Source of the DNA: Thermodesulfovibrionales bacterium
GTDB lineage: Bacteria > Nitrospirota > Thermodesulfovibrionia > Thermodesulfovibrionales > UBA6898
Length of the DNA stretch: 63,933 nucleotides
Assembly: GCA_046704045.1 (NCBI GenBank)
Contig: JBJKSM010000109.1
Location: 1 to 63,933 of the forward strand
Direction of reading: 5' to 3'
Below the pieces are notes generated by a model. That model did not search any database. It had not been told where the DNA came from and saw nothing but the letters and a program-made list of their open reading frames with translations. Shown in pieces: positions 17,186 through 26,142 of this stretch. Made by a program: the position numbers and the translations under genes. Positions within the stretch are counted from its first letter, which is position 1. The number at the start of each line of letters is the position of its first letter.

Positions 17186-18453
17186 TGTCGGGCGACCTCC
17201 AGTTTCAGCGAAAAACGCTCCTCCCCGTCCTTTGCCACGATCGGGGACGAAAAGGAAACGTTCCTGAAGGCATTCGACTTTTCGATCGCCATGACGAGAT
17301 CGGTCGTCTTCTTCGTGAAGCCCTCTATTTCGATACGCCCTTTGTCGTCGGCAGAAAAGCTCACAAGCCAGGCGTCCTTCGGCAGGGCATCGCTCAGCTC
17401 CTTCAGCGCCTTTATCGCCGTATTGCTCCGGCCGAGGAAACCGAGCAATGTCCTGCCGTCGTCCTGGAGCGATTCGAGTTTTCTTCTCTCCTGCAGCGTT
17501 CCCGCTTCCTTTGTCCTTATCGCGGCCCTCCGGGCCTCTATGGAGCGGAGCGCACTCCAGTCCTTGTAGTAGCCCACCATTCCGGTTAAAAGAAAAAGCA
17601 GAATTGAGGCTGCGGCAAGACCGCCGATGGCAAAGGGATAGACGTCCGGCTTCCGCCTGACGAACTCCCGCGGAAGAAAATTGAACACGTAGCGCGATTT
17701 GCCGGCCCCAGAGAAGGCAAGGCCGTTGGCCGTAGGCATTTCAAATTTACGGCTGTCGAATTTCCCGGTGACCGAGGGGTCCGCGTTTCCCATGAAATAG
17801 ACCTTCCCGGGGTAGAGGGCCGAAAGCCTCTCGATCTCTTCCGTGATGCCGGCACTCCTGGGAAACCCCTTGACATAAACGGGTATGGAATCCTTCAGCC
17901 CCATGATCTCGAATGCTCCGCCGGTGACGTTCACGAAGAGCCCCGAGATATCTTTCCCGCCCGCGACATCCGGCAGGTTGTTCAGCAATACGACGGTGTT
18001 CGCCCTGATCGCAAGGATTTCCAGCTCCGCAGCCTTCGCGTATCCCGCCATCTCGCTCACGGTCTCCTTTTTAACGGAGAGCACAAAAACGGAAACCCTT
18101 CCCCTTTCCCGCGGCGTCGCAGCGAAGTCGAAAACATATTCGTCTACCGCTATGGGAAGGTATTTTTCAAGCTCGAAGTGGAGGGCCCTCATCATGTCGG
18201 ACCTCTTCATGGAAGGCATATCGAGGAATTGATGTGAAAAATTCTTAAGGGGCAGCCCGAACACGACGCCCGCCGGCGAGAATTCCTTTTTCCATCTTTT
18301 CAGCGCCCCGACGATGCTTTCGGCGCGCTCCTCCCGGCCGGCGGGAAGGGCCGCCTCCTCCGATTTCACCGTCTTTGCGCTTCGTAATCTTGCGTCGACG
18401 ACGGTCCCCGTCATTGTTCCGTTATCTATGCTAACTCCTAATATTCTCCGCAC
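17182..18453 (-). CDS. GspL-like fusion of a PilM-type actin-like ATPase domain and a PilN-type TM/periplasmic domain
   Basis: RILGVSIDNG (phosphate-1-like) start and PilM-like core, followed by FNFLPREF plus a TM helix and coiled coil. A GTG at 18453 after GGAGAGAG is the preferred start; the track ORF (to 18519) overlaps gspK too far. Confidence 0.65.
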   Translation of the reverse strand: MRRILGVSIDNGTMTGTVVDARLRSAKTVKSEEAALPAGREERAESIVGALKRWKKEFSPAGVVFGLPLKNFSHQFLDMPSMKRSDMMRALHFELEKYLPIAVDEYVFDFAATPRERGRVSVFVLSVKKETVSEMAGYAKAAELEILAIRANTVVLLNNLPDVAGGKDISGLFVNVTGGAFEIMGLKDSIPVYVKGFPRSAGITEEIERLSALYPGKVYFMGNADPSVTGKFDSRKFEMPTANGLAFSGAGKSRYVFNFLPREFVRRKPDVYPFAIGGLAAASILLFLLTGMVGYYKDWSALRSIEARRAAIRTKEAGTLQERRKLESLQDDGRTLLGFLGRSNTAIKALKELSDALPKDAWLVSFSADDKGRIEIEGFTKKTTDLVMAIEKSNAFRNVSFSSPIVAKDGEERFSLKLEVARQ

Positions 18454-19399
18454 TCTCTCTCCAGTACAATGTCTGCAGCTTGTATCCGTCCGCTCCGTAC
18501 TGCCTGTTGATGACGGCAACGATCTTCGATGCGAGACCGCTGTTGTCCAGAGCGGCCGTCACTTCGATCCTCAGGTTGTTCGTGGCTGTCGTCCCGAACC
18601 CATACTGCTGAAAACCCTGCACGCTTCTGAAGCCCTTGGATTCACCGCTCCGCTGCTTCATGATCGTCTGGATCGTCTCCTCGTCGAGGCCCATCGCCTG
18701 CATCATTTCCTTCGAAGCGGTGTTTATGTTTATGATGCCGCTGCCGAATGTAGTGATCAGGGGCAGCAGCGCCTTCACCTTGTCTGAGCCGTAAAGATAT
18801 TCGTGCTTCACTCCCCGCACAAGCGCCAGCTCCTCGGGAATGTCGAAATTCATGTTCTTCGCCTCGTACGGCTCTGAAAGACCCTCGTAGTATTCATCTT
18901 CCGCTCCGTTGAGACGGACGTCCGAGTCGGGGTCCTTCCAGTCGAGCATCGAATCGATGATTATCGGGATCTCGTCGTCGGGGATTCCCGCATAGGTAAA
19001 AAGGCTTTGAAGCATGGCCTGACTCGCCGTATTGATGTTGACCTTCGAATCTTCATCGATGATCTTTATGTCGACCCAGCCGCCGTTGACCGCCTTCTTC
19101 CCGGTAACCGGCACCGCGTCTGCGCTTGTCCAGAAATTGCCGTCCGCGTCGATCAGATCGAAGTTCTGGTCCTTATCGTTAAGAAGATAATTCACCGCTT
19201 CATTGTACCCCGAAAGCGCCATATAATAGGAAACGGTCTCATCCTTCAGATTGCGGGTGCTCGCTATGTTCCACCTGCTCGAACTGAGGTAATTCAACGC
19301 GATGATGCTGAGCAGCACCAGAACCCAGAGCACCATGATGAGGGCGATGCCCTTATCCGAAGGCAGAATCAGTGTTCCGGGTTCCGGGTTCTTTCTCAC
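18431..19399 (-). CDS. gspK: Type II secretion minor pseudopilin GspK-like protein
   Basis: GIALIMVLWVLVLLSIIAL...S.R....TRN is a T2SSK-type N-terminus. The GTG start at 19399 overlaps the gspE stop (GTGA). Confidence 0.75.
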   Translation of the reverse strand: MRKNPEPGTLILPSDKGIALIMVLWVLVLLSIIALNYLSSSRWNIASTRNLKDETVSYYMALSGYNEAVNYLLNDKDQNFDLIDADGNFWTSADAVPVTGKKAVNGGWVDIKIIDEDSKVNINTASQAMLQSLFTYAGIPDDEIPIIIDSMLDWKDPDSDVRLNGAEDEYYEGLSEPYEAKNMNFDIPEELALVRGVKHEYLYGSDKVKALLPLITTFGSGIININTASKEMMQAMGLDEETIQTIMKQRSGESKGFRSVQGFQQYGFGTTATNNLRIEVTAALDNSGLASKIVAVINRQYGADGYKLQTLYWRESAENIRS

Positions 19400-21072
19400 A
19401 GCTCCACCTGCGTCACCCGCAGCACTTCGTCGATAGTCGTGACGCCGGCCTTCACCTTTCGTATGCCGTCGGCCCTCAGCGTCCTCATCCCCATCGCCAC
19501 CGCCCGGTCCTTGATCTCTTTCGCAGTCGCCCGTCTCATCACCATATCGCGGATCTCGTCGCCGACGGCCAGCACCTCGAAAATGCCGATCCTTCCCCTG
19601 TAGCCCGTCCCGGAACAGTGTTCGCAGCCGGCGCCGCTCCATACCTCGTCGAGCCCTTCGCTGAATCTCAGCGCCGCCTCGGCGGGGATCTTCTGCGATA
19701 CCTTGCAGAAAGGACAGATCCTTCTGACGAGCCTCTGGGCCATGACGCAGATCAGCGTCGAAGCGACCAGGTAGTTTTCGATGCCCATGTCCATCAGCCT
19801 GGTGATCGCCCCCGCGGCGTCGTTAGTATGAAGGGTGCTGAACAGAAGGTGCCCCGTGAGCGCCGCGTGGATGGCTATGCCCGCGGTCTCGATGTCCCTG
19901 ATCTCGCCGACCATGATCACGTCGGGGTCCTGCCTCACGATATGGCGCAGGCCGCTTGCGAAGGTCAGTCCTATCTTCGGCCTCACCTGTATCTGGTTGA
20001 TGCCCGACATCAGGTACTCGACCGGCTCCTCGACGGTGATGATCTTTTTTTCCGGCGAATTGATCTTGTCGAGAGACGCATAGAGAGTGGTGGACTTGCC
20101 GCTTCCCGTAGGACCGGTGCTCAGTATCATGCCGTAGGGCTTTTTTATGGTCTCTTCGTAGATGTCGAGAATAACCCGGTCGAACCCCAGCTCCTCGAGC
20201 GTCACGAAGGACGTTTCCTTGTCGAGGAGCCTCATGACGATGCTCTCGCCGTAGATCGTCGGGAGCGTCGATACCCTGATGTCGATCGCCCTCCCCGAAG
20301 AGGTGACCTTGATCCTCCCGTCCTGCGGCAGTCTTCTCTCTGCGATGTTCATCTGCGCCAGGAGCTTGATCCTGGAAGAAATCGCCGAGTACATCCTGAC
20401 CGGAAAGAGCTCCTTTTCGTAGAGAATGCCGTCGACACGGTATCTCACCCTTACGCTTATCTCCCCCGGTTCTACATGGATATCGCTCGCCCTGTCTTTC
20501 ACCGCGTTTTCGATGATCACGTTGACGAGCTGGATGATACCCTTTTCCTGGGCGAGGTCCCTGAGGTGGCTAATCTCGCCCGTCAGGTCACCTCCGGGCA
20601 TTTCGTCTTCCGCTGCGTCCTCTATCAGCCGCTGCATGACGGCGCTCCTGGAGCCGCGGAGGAGTTCGAGGTGATGCAGTATTTCCGACTTCTTCGCCAG
20701 GGCAACGGCGATCTCGTAGCTGAAAGAGGACCGCAGCGCCTCGACCCCTTCGGTGTTGAGGGGGTCCCCTACCGCTATCCTGAGCAGGTTGTCCTTCAGC
20801 TCCAGCGGGAGGATCACGTTGTTTTCGAGAAAGTTGAACGAGAGCTTGTCGATGGGTATGGTCTCCGGGAATTCGCTCGTCTCCACGAACGGCATGTTGA
20901 ACTGCGCGGCCAGCGCCCTGAAGACCTGTTCCTCCGGGACGCCGTTTTCGATCATGAACTCGCCGATACGCCTGCCCGCCCCGTCGGCCTTCTGCATGTC
21001 GAGGGCCTTCATGACCTCGGCCTCGGTAATGAAGCCCATCTCCTTCATGACATCGCCTATCTTCCTGTACAT
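19396..21072 (-). CDS. gspE: Type II/IV secretion system ATPase (GspE/PilB family)
   Basis: N-terminal T2SSE_N repeat (GFITEAEVMKAL...), Walker A GPTGSGKST, Asp and His boxes, and the C-terminal tetracysteine motif CPFC...CEHC. Confidence 0.93.
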   Translation of the reverse strand: MYRKIGDVMKEMGFITEAEVMKALDMQKADGAGRRIGEFMIENGVPEEQVFRALAAQFNMPFVETSEFPETIPIDKLSFNFLENNVILPLELKDNLLRIAVGDPLNTEGVEALRSSFSYEIAVALAKKSEILHHLELLRGSRSAVMQRLIEDAAEDEMPGGDLTGEISHLRDLAQEKGIIQLVNVIIENAVKDRASDIHVEPGEISVRVRYRVDGILYEKELFPVRMYSAISSRIKLLAQMNIAERRLPQDGRIKVTSSGRAIDIRVSTLPTIYGESIVMRLLDKETSFVTLEELGFDRVILDIYEETIKKPYGMILSTGPTGSGKSTTLYASLDKINSPEKKIITVEEPVEYLMSGINQIQVRPKIGLTFASGLRHIVRQDPDVIMVGEIRDIETAGIAIHAALTGHLLFSTLHTNDAAGAITRLMDMGIENYLVASTLICVMAQRLVRRICPFCKVSQKIPAEAALRFSEGLDEVWSGAGCEHCSGTGYRGRIGIFEVLAVGDEIRDMVMRRATAKEIKDRAVAMGMRTLRADGIRKVKAGVTTIDEVLRVTQVEL

Positions 21073-21093
21073 TTTTTTATTGTATCTTTTTTT

Positions 21094-22578
21094 CTATTGT
21101 AAAGCAGCTTTATGCGTCGCGCCGAACAGATGCTTCCAGTCGTCGTTGGAAAACTTCAGCCCTCCGCCGGCGTATGCCCCGCGCCACCGCGGATTCAGCA
21201 GGTCGTCCAGCCCGGCGCTCAGGAAGAGGTTCCTGAAAAGAAAGTAGTCCACGCCCGTCCTCACGTGCGGGTACTGTGCGCCCTCCTCGTCCTCCGAGAA
21301 ATCCCAGGCGTCTCCCGAGATTTTCAGCCTGTTATGAAGCATATAGTAATCGGCCCCGAGTCCGAGCGTGTTCTCGGTCACCCCCAGTCTGACATCGCCG
21401 CTGCCGATCCTTCTTGCGTATTGCGCGGTAAACCTGATCCTCCGCTTTACCTCCTCGGTCGTTACGGACGTCCCCGGAGGCGTCGTGATCGTCCTCGTCG
21501 TGCTGACGGTGGCGACGGGGCTTCCGACAACGCCCAGTATGTACGACGAACCGGCATTCGGCGCAAGCGTGACGTAAAAATACCCTTTTCCTCTCTCCGG
21601 CTTCGTGAGGTATTCCGCTTCGAAGGTAATGTAGGTCCTGAAACGATCGACGGCGGACATCGTGTTGTTGATCCTGTCCGCCGCGCTCTGCACGGAATCA
21701 TAGAGGGTGTCGTCGTTGACCAGCTTGCCGAGCGACCCCTTGCCGCTGTTTATTTTGTTCGTTATATCGTCAAGGGAATGGACGGTGTTCTTCATCGCCG
21801 GTTTGTTTTCATCAATCATCGTCTGCAATTCCTTTGCGGTCCTGTTGAGATTTCCTATCAACTCGGGCGCCCGGGTCTTCAGCGCAGCGGACAGGTCCCT
21901 GACGTTCGACACGCTTGCCGAAAACCGCTCCCTGTTGTTTTCGATAAGACCGTTCAGGGAAGCGGTGAGGGAATCAATATTGTCGAGCACCTTCCTGAGC
22001 CTCCGGTCGTCCGCGCCGATCGAGTGTTTGAGACCGGCGGTGATCTCCTGCAGATTTACGATCGTCCTGTTCAGGGAATTCTTCGCCTCCTCCGACCCTA
22101 TCACGTCGTTCAGCGTTCCCGCAAGCTTTGTAAAGTTCTCCGAAACGTTCATGAGCTTTCTCGCCAGGTCGTCCACATCAACGACCTCGGTCACGTTTTC
22201 TATGGTATCGCCGTCCTTCAACACTCCCTCGTCAGGGGTGCCCACTCCGACCTCCAGGAACCTGTCTCCCATAAGCCCCGACGATTTGACCGCTACCGAT
22301 GCGTTGCTGTATAGCCGTATGCCGGGGTGCATCCTGAGCGTCACCCTGGCCTTTCCCCCGACCAGGTCTATGGCTTCGACGACCCCTGCCTCGACTCCGG
22401 CCACCTTTACCCTTGATTTCTCATCCAGTCCGTCGCTGTTCTTAAAATAGACGTATACCGTGTATCCCCTGCGTCCCGCAAGTTTCAGGCCGCCGACTTT
22501 CAGGGTCATAAACGCAAGTATCGCCAGCACCGCAACGGCGAAGACGCCGACCTTGAGCTCAGTCGACAGCCTGTTCAT
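21094..22578 (-). CDS. MCE/MlaD-domain protein with a long coiled-coil and beta-rich C-terminal extension
   Basis: N-terminal TM helix plus an MlaD domain (VGVFAVAVLAILAF...YFKNSDGLDEKSRVKVAGVEAG.V). About 200 aa of helical repeats follow, then about 170 aa of alternating-hydrophobic beta pattern. Confidence 0.8.
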   Translation of the reverse strand: MNRLSTELKVGVFAVAVLAILAFMTLKVGGLKLAGRRGYTVYVYFKNSDGLDEKSRVKVAGVEAGVVEAIDLVGGKARVTLRMHPGIRLYSNASVAVKSSGLMGDRFLEVGVGTPDEGVLKDGDTIENVTEVVDVDDLARKLMNVSENFTKLAGTLNDVIGSEEAKNSLNRTIVNLQEITAGLKHSIGADDRRLRKVLDNIDSLTASLNGLIENNRERFSASVSNVRDLSAALKTRAPELIGNLNRTAKELQTMIDENKPAMKNTVHSLDDITNKINSGKGSLGKLVNDDTLYDSVQSAADRINNTMSAVDRFRTYITFEAEYLTKPERGKGYFYVTLAPNAGSSYILGVVGSPVATVSTTRTITTPPGTSVTTEEVKRRIRFTAQYARRIGSGDVRLGVTENTLGLGADYYMLHNRLKISGDAWDFSEDEEGAQYPHVRTGVDYFLFRNLFLSAGLDDLLNPRWRGAYAGGGLKFSNDDWKHLFGATHKAALQ

Positions 22579-23332
22579 AGCGCACCCCTTCCACCCGTAT
22601 CGGACCGACAGCGCTTCCCGTAATAAATTGCCTCACAACCGGATCGAACGTATTCCTTATCTCCCCGGGATTTCCCGTCCCTACGATCTTTCCTTCGTAC
22701 AGCATCGAAATTCTGTCGGCGATCTTGTAAGCGCTCGTCATATCGTGTGTGATCGTGACCGAGGTGACCGACAGCCTCTCCCTCATCTCGATGATCAGAT
22801 CGTTTATCGCATCCGCGGTAATCGGGTCGAGGCCGGTCGTGGGCTCGTCATAGAGGAGTATCTCCGGCTCGTGCGCTATGGCCCGCGCAAGGCCGACCCT
22901 CTTTTTCATACCCCCTGAAAGCTCCGACGGCATAAGATCTTCGACCCCGACGAGGCCGACCATTTTCAATTTTTCGATCGCGATCTCCTTGATCTCTTTC
23001 GGCTTCATGCGGCTGTGCCTGCGGAGGGTAAACCCGACATTCTCCCAGACGCACATCGAATCGAAGAGCGCCGCCATCTGAAAGAGCATGCCGAACTTTT
23101 CCCGTATTTCGTACAGCCCCTTCCCCCTGAGGCCGGTGATGTCCGCTCCTTCGATGAACACGCCGCCCCCGTCGGGTTTCATGATTCCGATAATGTGTTT
23201 TAAAATAACACTTTTGCCTGACCCACTTCCACCGATAATGACCCTGCTCTCTCCCCTGCTCACCGAGAGGTCGAGGCCCTTCAGGACCTCTTTTCCCTCG
23301 AAGGCCTTGAACACGCCGGACAGTCTTATCAT
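22559..23332 (-). CDS. mlaF: ABC transporter ATP-binding protein (MlaF-like)
   Basis: Walker A GGSGSGKS, signature LSGGMKKR and Walker B ILLYDEPT. The start ATG at 23332 overlaps the mlaE stop. Confidence 0.9.
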   Translation of the reverse strand: MIRLSGVFKAFEGKEVLKGLDLSVSRGESRVIIGGSGSGKSVILKHIIGIMKPDGGGVFIEGADITGLRGKGLYEIREKFGMLFQMAALFDSMCVWENVGFTLRRHSRMKPKEIKEIAIEKLKMVGLVGVEDLMPSELSGGMKKRVGLARAIAHEPEILLYDEPTTGLDPITADAINDLIIEMRERLSVTSVTITHDMTSAYKIADRISMLYEGKIVGTGNPGEIRNTFDPVVRQFITGSAVGPIRVEGVRYEQAVD

Positions 23333-24102
23333 CTGACAAGCCAGCTTGAAAGGAAATAATCCGATATGAGGATCGTCATCGAAGAGAGGACGACCGCTCC
23401 CGTAGTCGCCTTGCCGACTCCTTCGGCGCCTCCGCGCGTGTAGAACCCCTTGTAGCAGCTTATCAGCGTGATGGCTGCCCCGAAAAAACATGCCTTGACA
23501 AGGCCGCTGAAAATGTCACCCGCCACGAGGTAGTCCCATGTCCTGCGCCAGTAAACGACGGAGCTCGTACTGAACAATCCAACCGTAACGATGTATCCGC
23601 CGATGATGCCGACGATGTCGGCAACGACCGTTACCGCGGGAAGCATGACGACCCCCGACAGGAACCTCGGAACGACGAGATACTTTACAGGGTCCGTTGC
23701 AAGCGTTTCGAGGGCGTCTATCTGCTCGGTCACGCTCATCGTGCCGAGTTCCGCGGCTATCGCCGCCCCCGCCCTTCCCGAAACGATCAGTCCCGTCAGC
23801 ACCGGACCGAGTTCTCTGGTCATCGAAAGGGCGACGACGGAGGCGACAACCGATTCGGCCCCGAACCTCTTGAAACCCGTGTAGGTCTGGAGGGCGAAGA
23901 CCATGCCGGTGAAAATTGCCGTGACAAGGACGACAGGCAGCGATCTCACCCCTATATCGAGCATCTGAAAAAGCGTGCTCCTCGTCTCGAAGGGCGGCAG
24001 GAAGATCTGTCTCAGGGTCTCGGAAAAAAGAAGCAGCATCCTCCCCAATCCGCGGGTGAAGGAGATGATCAGTCCTCCGAGGTGTTCGAGTAATCGGATC
24101 AA
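23329..24102 (-). CDS. mlaE: ABC transporter permease (MlaE-like)
   Basis: 257-aa polytopic protein with the MlaE/YrbE pattern (VVASVVALSMTRELGPVLTGLIVSGRAGAAIAAELGTM.V.EQIDAL). Confidence 0.9.
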   Translation of the reverse strand: MIRLLEHLGGLIISFTRGLGRMLLLFSETLRQIFLPPFETRSTLFQMLDIGVRSLPVVLVTAIFTGMVFALQTYTGFKRFGAESVVASVVALSMTRELGPVLTGLIVSGRAGAAIAAELGTMSVTEQIDALETLATDPVKYLVVPRFLSGVVMLPAVTVVADIVGIIGGYIVTVGLFSTSSVVYWRRTWDYLVAGDIFSGLVKACFFGAAITLISCYKGFYTRGGAEGVGKATTGAVVLSSMTILISDYFLSSWLVR

Positions 24103-25196
24103 CCGATATATTCCTTCCTCGATCTCCCTCCCAGGGAGGTGAGGATATCATACGGGATAGTCCGTATCCTTTCGGCAAGCTCACGGGCGGTAATAGTTTC
24201 GCCGCCCTGGCGTCCCAGAAGAACGACCTCGTCACCTTCGGAGACACCTTCGATGCCGGTAACGTCTACCATCGTGAGGTCCATGCAGACCCTCCCGACA
24301 ACGGGCGCGCGCCTGCCTTTCACGAGGACCTCGGCATTGTTCGAAAACAGCCGGTTGTAGCCGTCGGCGTATCCAACGGGCAGGACGGCGATCCGGCTCC
24401 GCCTCGCGGTGACAAAGGTCCTGCCGTAACTGATCGGGCATCCCTGAGGCAGACTTCTCACCGAAAGCACCTTTGTCTTTATTTTCATCAGGGGCGAAAG
24501 TCCGTACTGTTCGCTGACGGGGGAGCACCCGTAAAGCAGGATGCCCGGCCTGACCGCATCGAACAGGGCCTCCTTCAAAGAAAGGACGGCGGCGCTGTTG
24601 CCCATATGAACCATGACATCGCGGCCGAGCCTATCCCTTATGCCGCTCCTTATGGCGTTGAAGGTTTCTATCTGTGCGACCGCATACGACCTGTCCGCAA
24701 GGTCCGCTTCCGAAAAATGGCTCATCAGGCCCTCGATTTCTATCCCGTCCTTTTCCGAGATTTCAAGCGCCGCAGCAACCGCCTCCTCCGGCCTTATCCC
24801 AACCCTGCCCATGCCCGTATCCACCTTCAGGTGCACCGGGATTGTGGCCCCCCTCTTCAGGGCCTCTTTCGAAAATTCACCGGCGGTCTTTATGTCATGG
24901 ATCACCGGTGTGAGATCATATTCGAAGTAATCAGCGATATCGGTCCGGTCAAAGAGCACCAATATCCTGGCGCCGATGCCTTCCCTGCGCAGGGCCTTCG
25001 CCTCTCCCGTGAAGGCGACGGCAAGGCAGGATACGCCCTCGGACAAAAGTCTTCTCGCTACTTCCGCCGCCCCATGCCCGTATGCGTCGGCCTTAACGAC
25101 AGCTATGACGGGCCTCTTGCCGATGAGCCCGCCGACAACTTCGAGGTTATGCCTGAGAGCGGAAAGATCTATTTCGGCTACAGCCCCTCTGTTCAC
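24099..25196 (-). CDS. alr: Alanine racemase
   Basis: PLP-lysine motif AVVKADAYGHGA and full-length Alr pattern. 365 aa. Confidence 0.93.
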   Translation of the reverse strand: MNRGAVAEIDLSALRHNLEVVGGLIGKRPVIAVVKADAYGHGAAEVARRLLSEGVSCLAVAFTGEAKALRREGIGARILVLFDRTDIADYFEYDLTPVIHDIKTAGEFSKEALKRGATIPVHLKVDTGMGRVGIRPEEAVAAALEISEKDGIEIEGLMSHFSEADLADRSYAVAQIETFNAIRSGIRDRLGRDVMVHMGNSAAVLSLKEALFDAVRPGILLYGCSPVSEQYGLSPLMKIKTKVLSVRSLPQGCPISYGRTFVTARRSRIAVLPVGYADGYNRLFSNNAEVLVKGRRAPVVGRVCMDLTMVDVTGIEGVSEGDEVVLLGRQGGETITARELAERIRTIPYDILTSLGGRSRKEYIG

Positions 25197-25197
25197 C

Positions 25198-25407
25198 CTA
25201 CTTTTTCTGCTCCCCTCCCCCGTCTGCTTTCCCTCCCGCTTTCTCCTTCGGCGTCACGTCGATCTCGTCAGGCCCGGATGTCGCCTTCTTGAAGTTTCTG
25301 ATCGCCTGTCCTATTCCGCCGCCGATCTCCGGCAGCCTCCCCGCGCCGAACAGGACGATGACCACAATCAGGATAACGATCAGTTCAGGCATTCCCAATC
25401 CAAACAT
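25198..25407 (-). CDS. tatA: Twin-arginine translocase subunit TatA/E
   Basis: [28 protein letters not shown]...G is the canonical TatA N-terminus. 69 aa. Confidence 0.93.
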   Translation of the reverse strand: MFGLGMPELIVILIVVIVLFGAGRLPEIGGGIGQAIRNFKKATSGPDEIDVTPKEKAGGKADGGGEQKK

Positions 25408-25760
25408 TTAGACCTCCTGTAAGCTTTAACGTGGCGGGTCAATCGCTCGGGCGCATGGAGCGCCGCCGTCCTCTGCACTTCTTGTGCGCTCTCTACGATA
25501 ACACATTTTATATTGGCAACATAGCCCATCGAAGTTAAAGTTTTACTTCGAATCACGCGGTGGCGTGTCCCTCCCATCGGACGACAATGCACTGACACAA
25601 AAACCCCTCGCCTCATAACATGGAAACGGCTCCGGCGCGACCTTACACATCTTAATAGTCTATTAAAAAAATGGTTTATATTACAAGATCAAATATCTTT
25701 ACGTAAAAAGAATTTCCCCTTGCCCAAAGGCCGCTTCTTCTGTTATAACAATAGTAAGGA

Positions 25761-26141
25761 ATTCAGGGCGATTACCTGCCCTGTAGGTGATATGTGAAAA
25801 AGTTGGTCCGGCAAATTAGATCTTTAGGGAGCCAGCATGAGGTGCTGGTGAGCATGTTGCCCAGGTGGCAAAAGCCTGAAGGCATCTCTGTGGCACCCAC
25901 CTATTCTATAGGCGGATCTGATTCTTCACATACACGACAGGGCGGGATACTTTTCATTTTACAGCTGGCTATGGTTTTTGCGCTTTTGGCAAACGTGCGT
26001 TGTGAAAATAGAGAAAACAGGGGGTCAAGGTCTGCTTCTGCGGACTTGGTTTATAGATCGTTGCAACTGTTGTTTGTTTCGGAAAAAGGCTTCCTACACG
26101 CCAAAAGCCCCGCATAAACCGTAGTCCGGCCCGGACTACAG
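25761..26141 (+). other. Candidate structured non-coding RNA or leader within a 730-bp gene-free gap
   Basis: No credible ORF and lower GC than the flanks. Hairpins CAGGGC/GCCCTG and CCAGCA/TGCTGG, a long-range pairing GCTTTTGGC..CGTG (about 25981-25997) with CACGCCAAAAGC (about 26098-26109), and a GTAGTCC/GGACTAC hairpin abutting the rarA TTG start. The RNA class was not recognised. Confidence 0.3.
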
Positions 26142-26142
26142 G

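Noticed and set aside
25408-26142. tmRNA, RNase P RNA, SRP RNA, cobalamin riboswitch or ZTP riboswitch in the large tatA-rarA gap.
   Set aside because: There is no tRNA-like T-arm (GGTTCGA.TCC) or CCA end for tmRNA, and no GGAAAGTCCGG / ACAGAA.CCGGCTTA P4 strands for RNase P. There is no CCAGGTCAGGTCCGGAAGGAAGCAGCC-type SRP core and no GCCACTG or B12 box. The CCACCTGGGCA on the minus strand lacks the upstream ZTP half. The region is kept only as an unclassified candidate.
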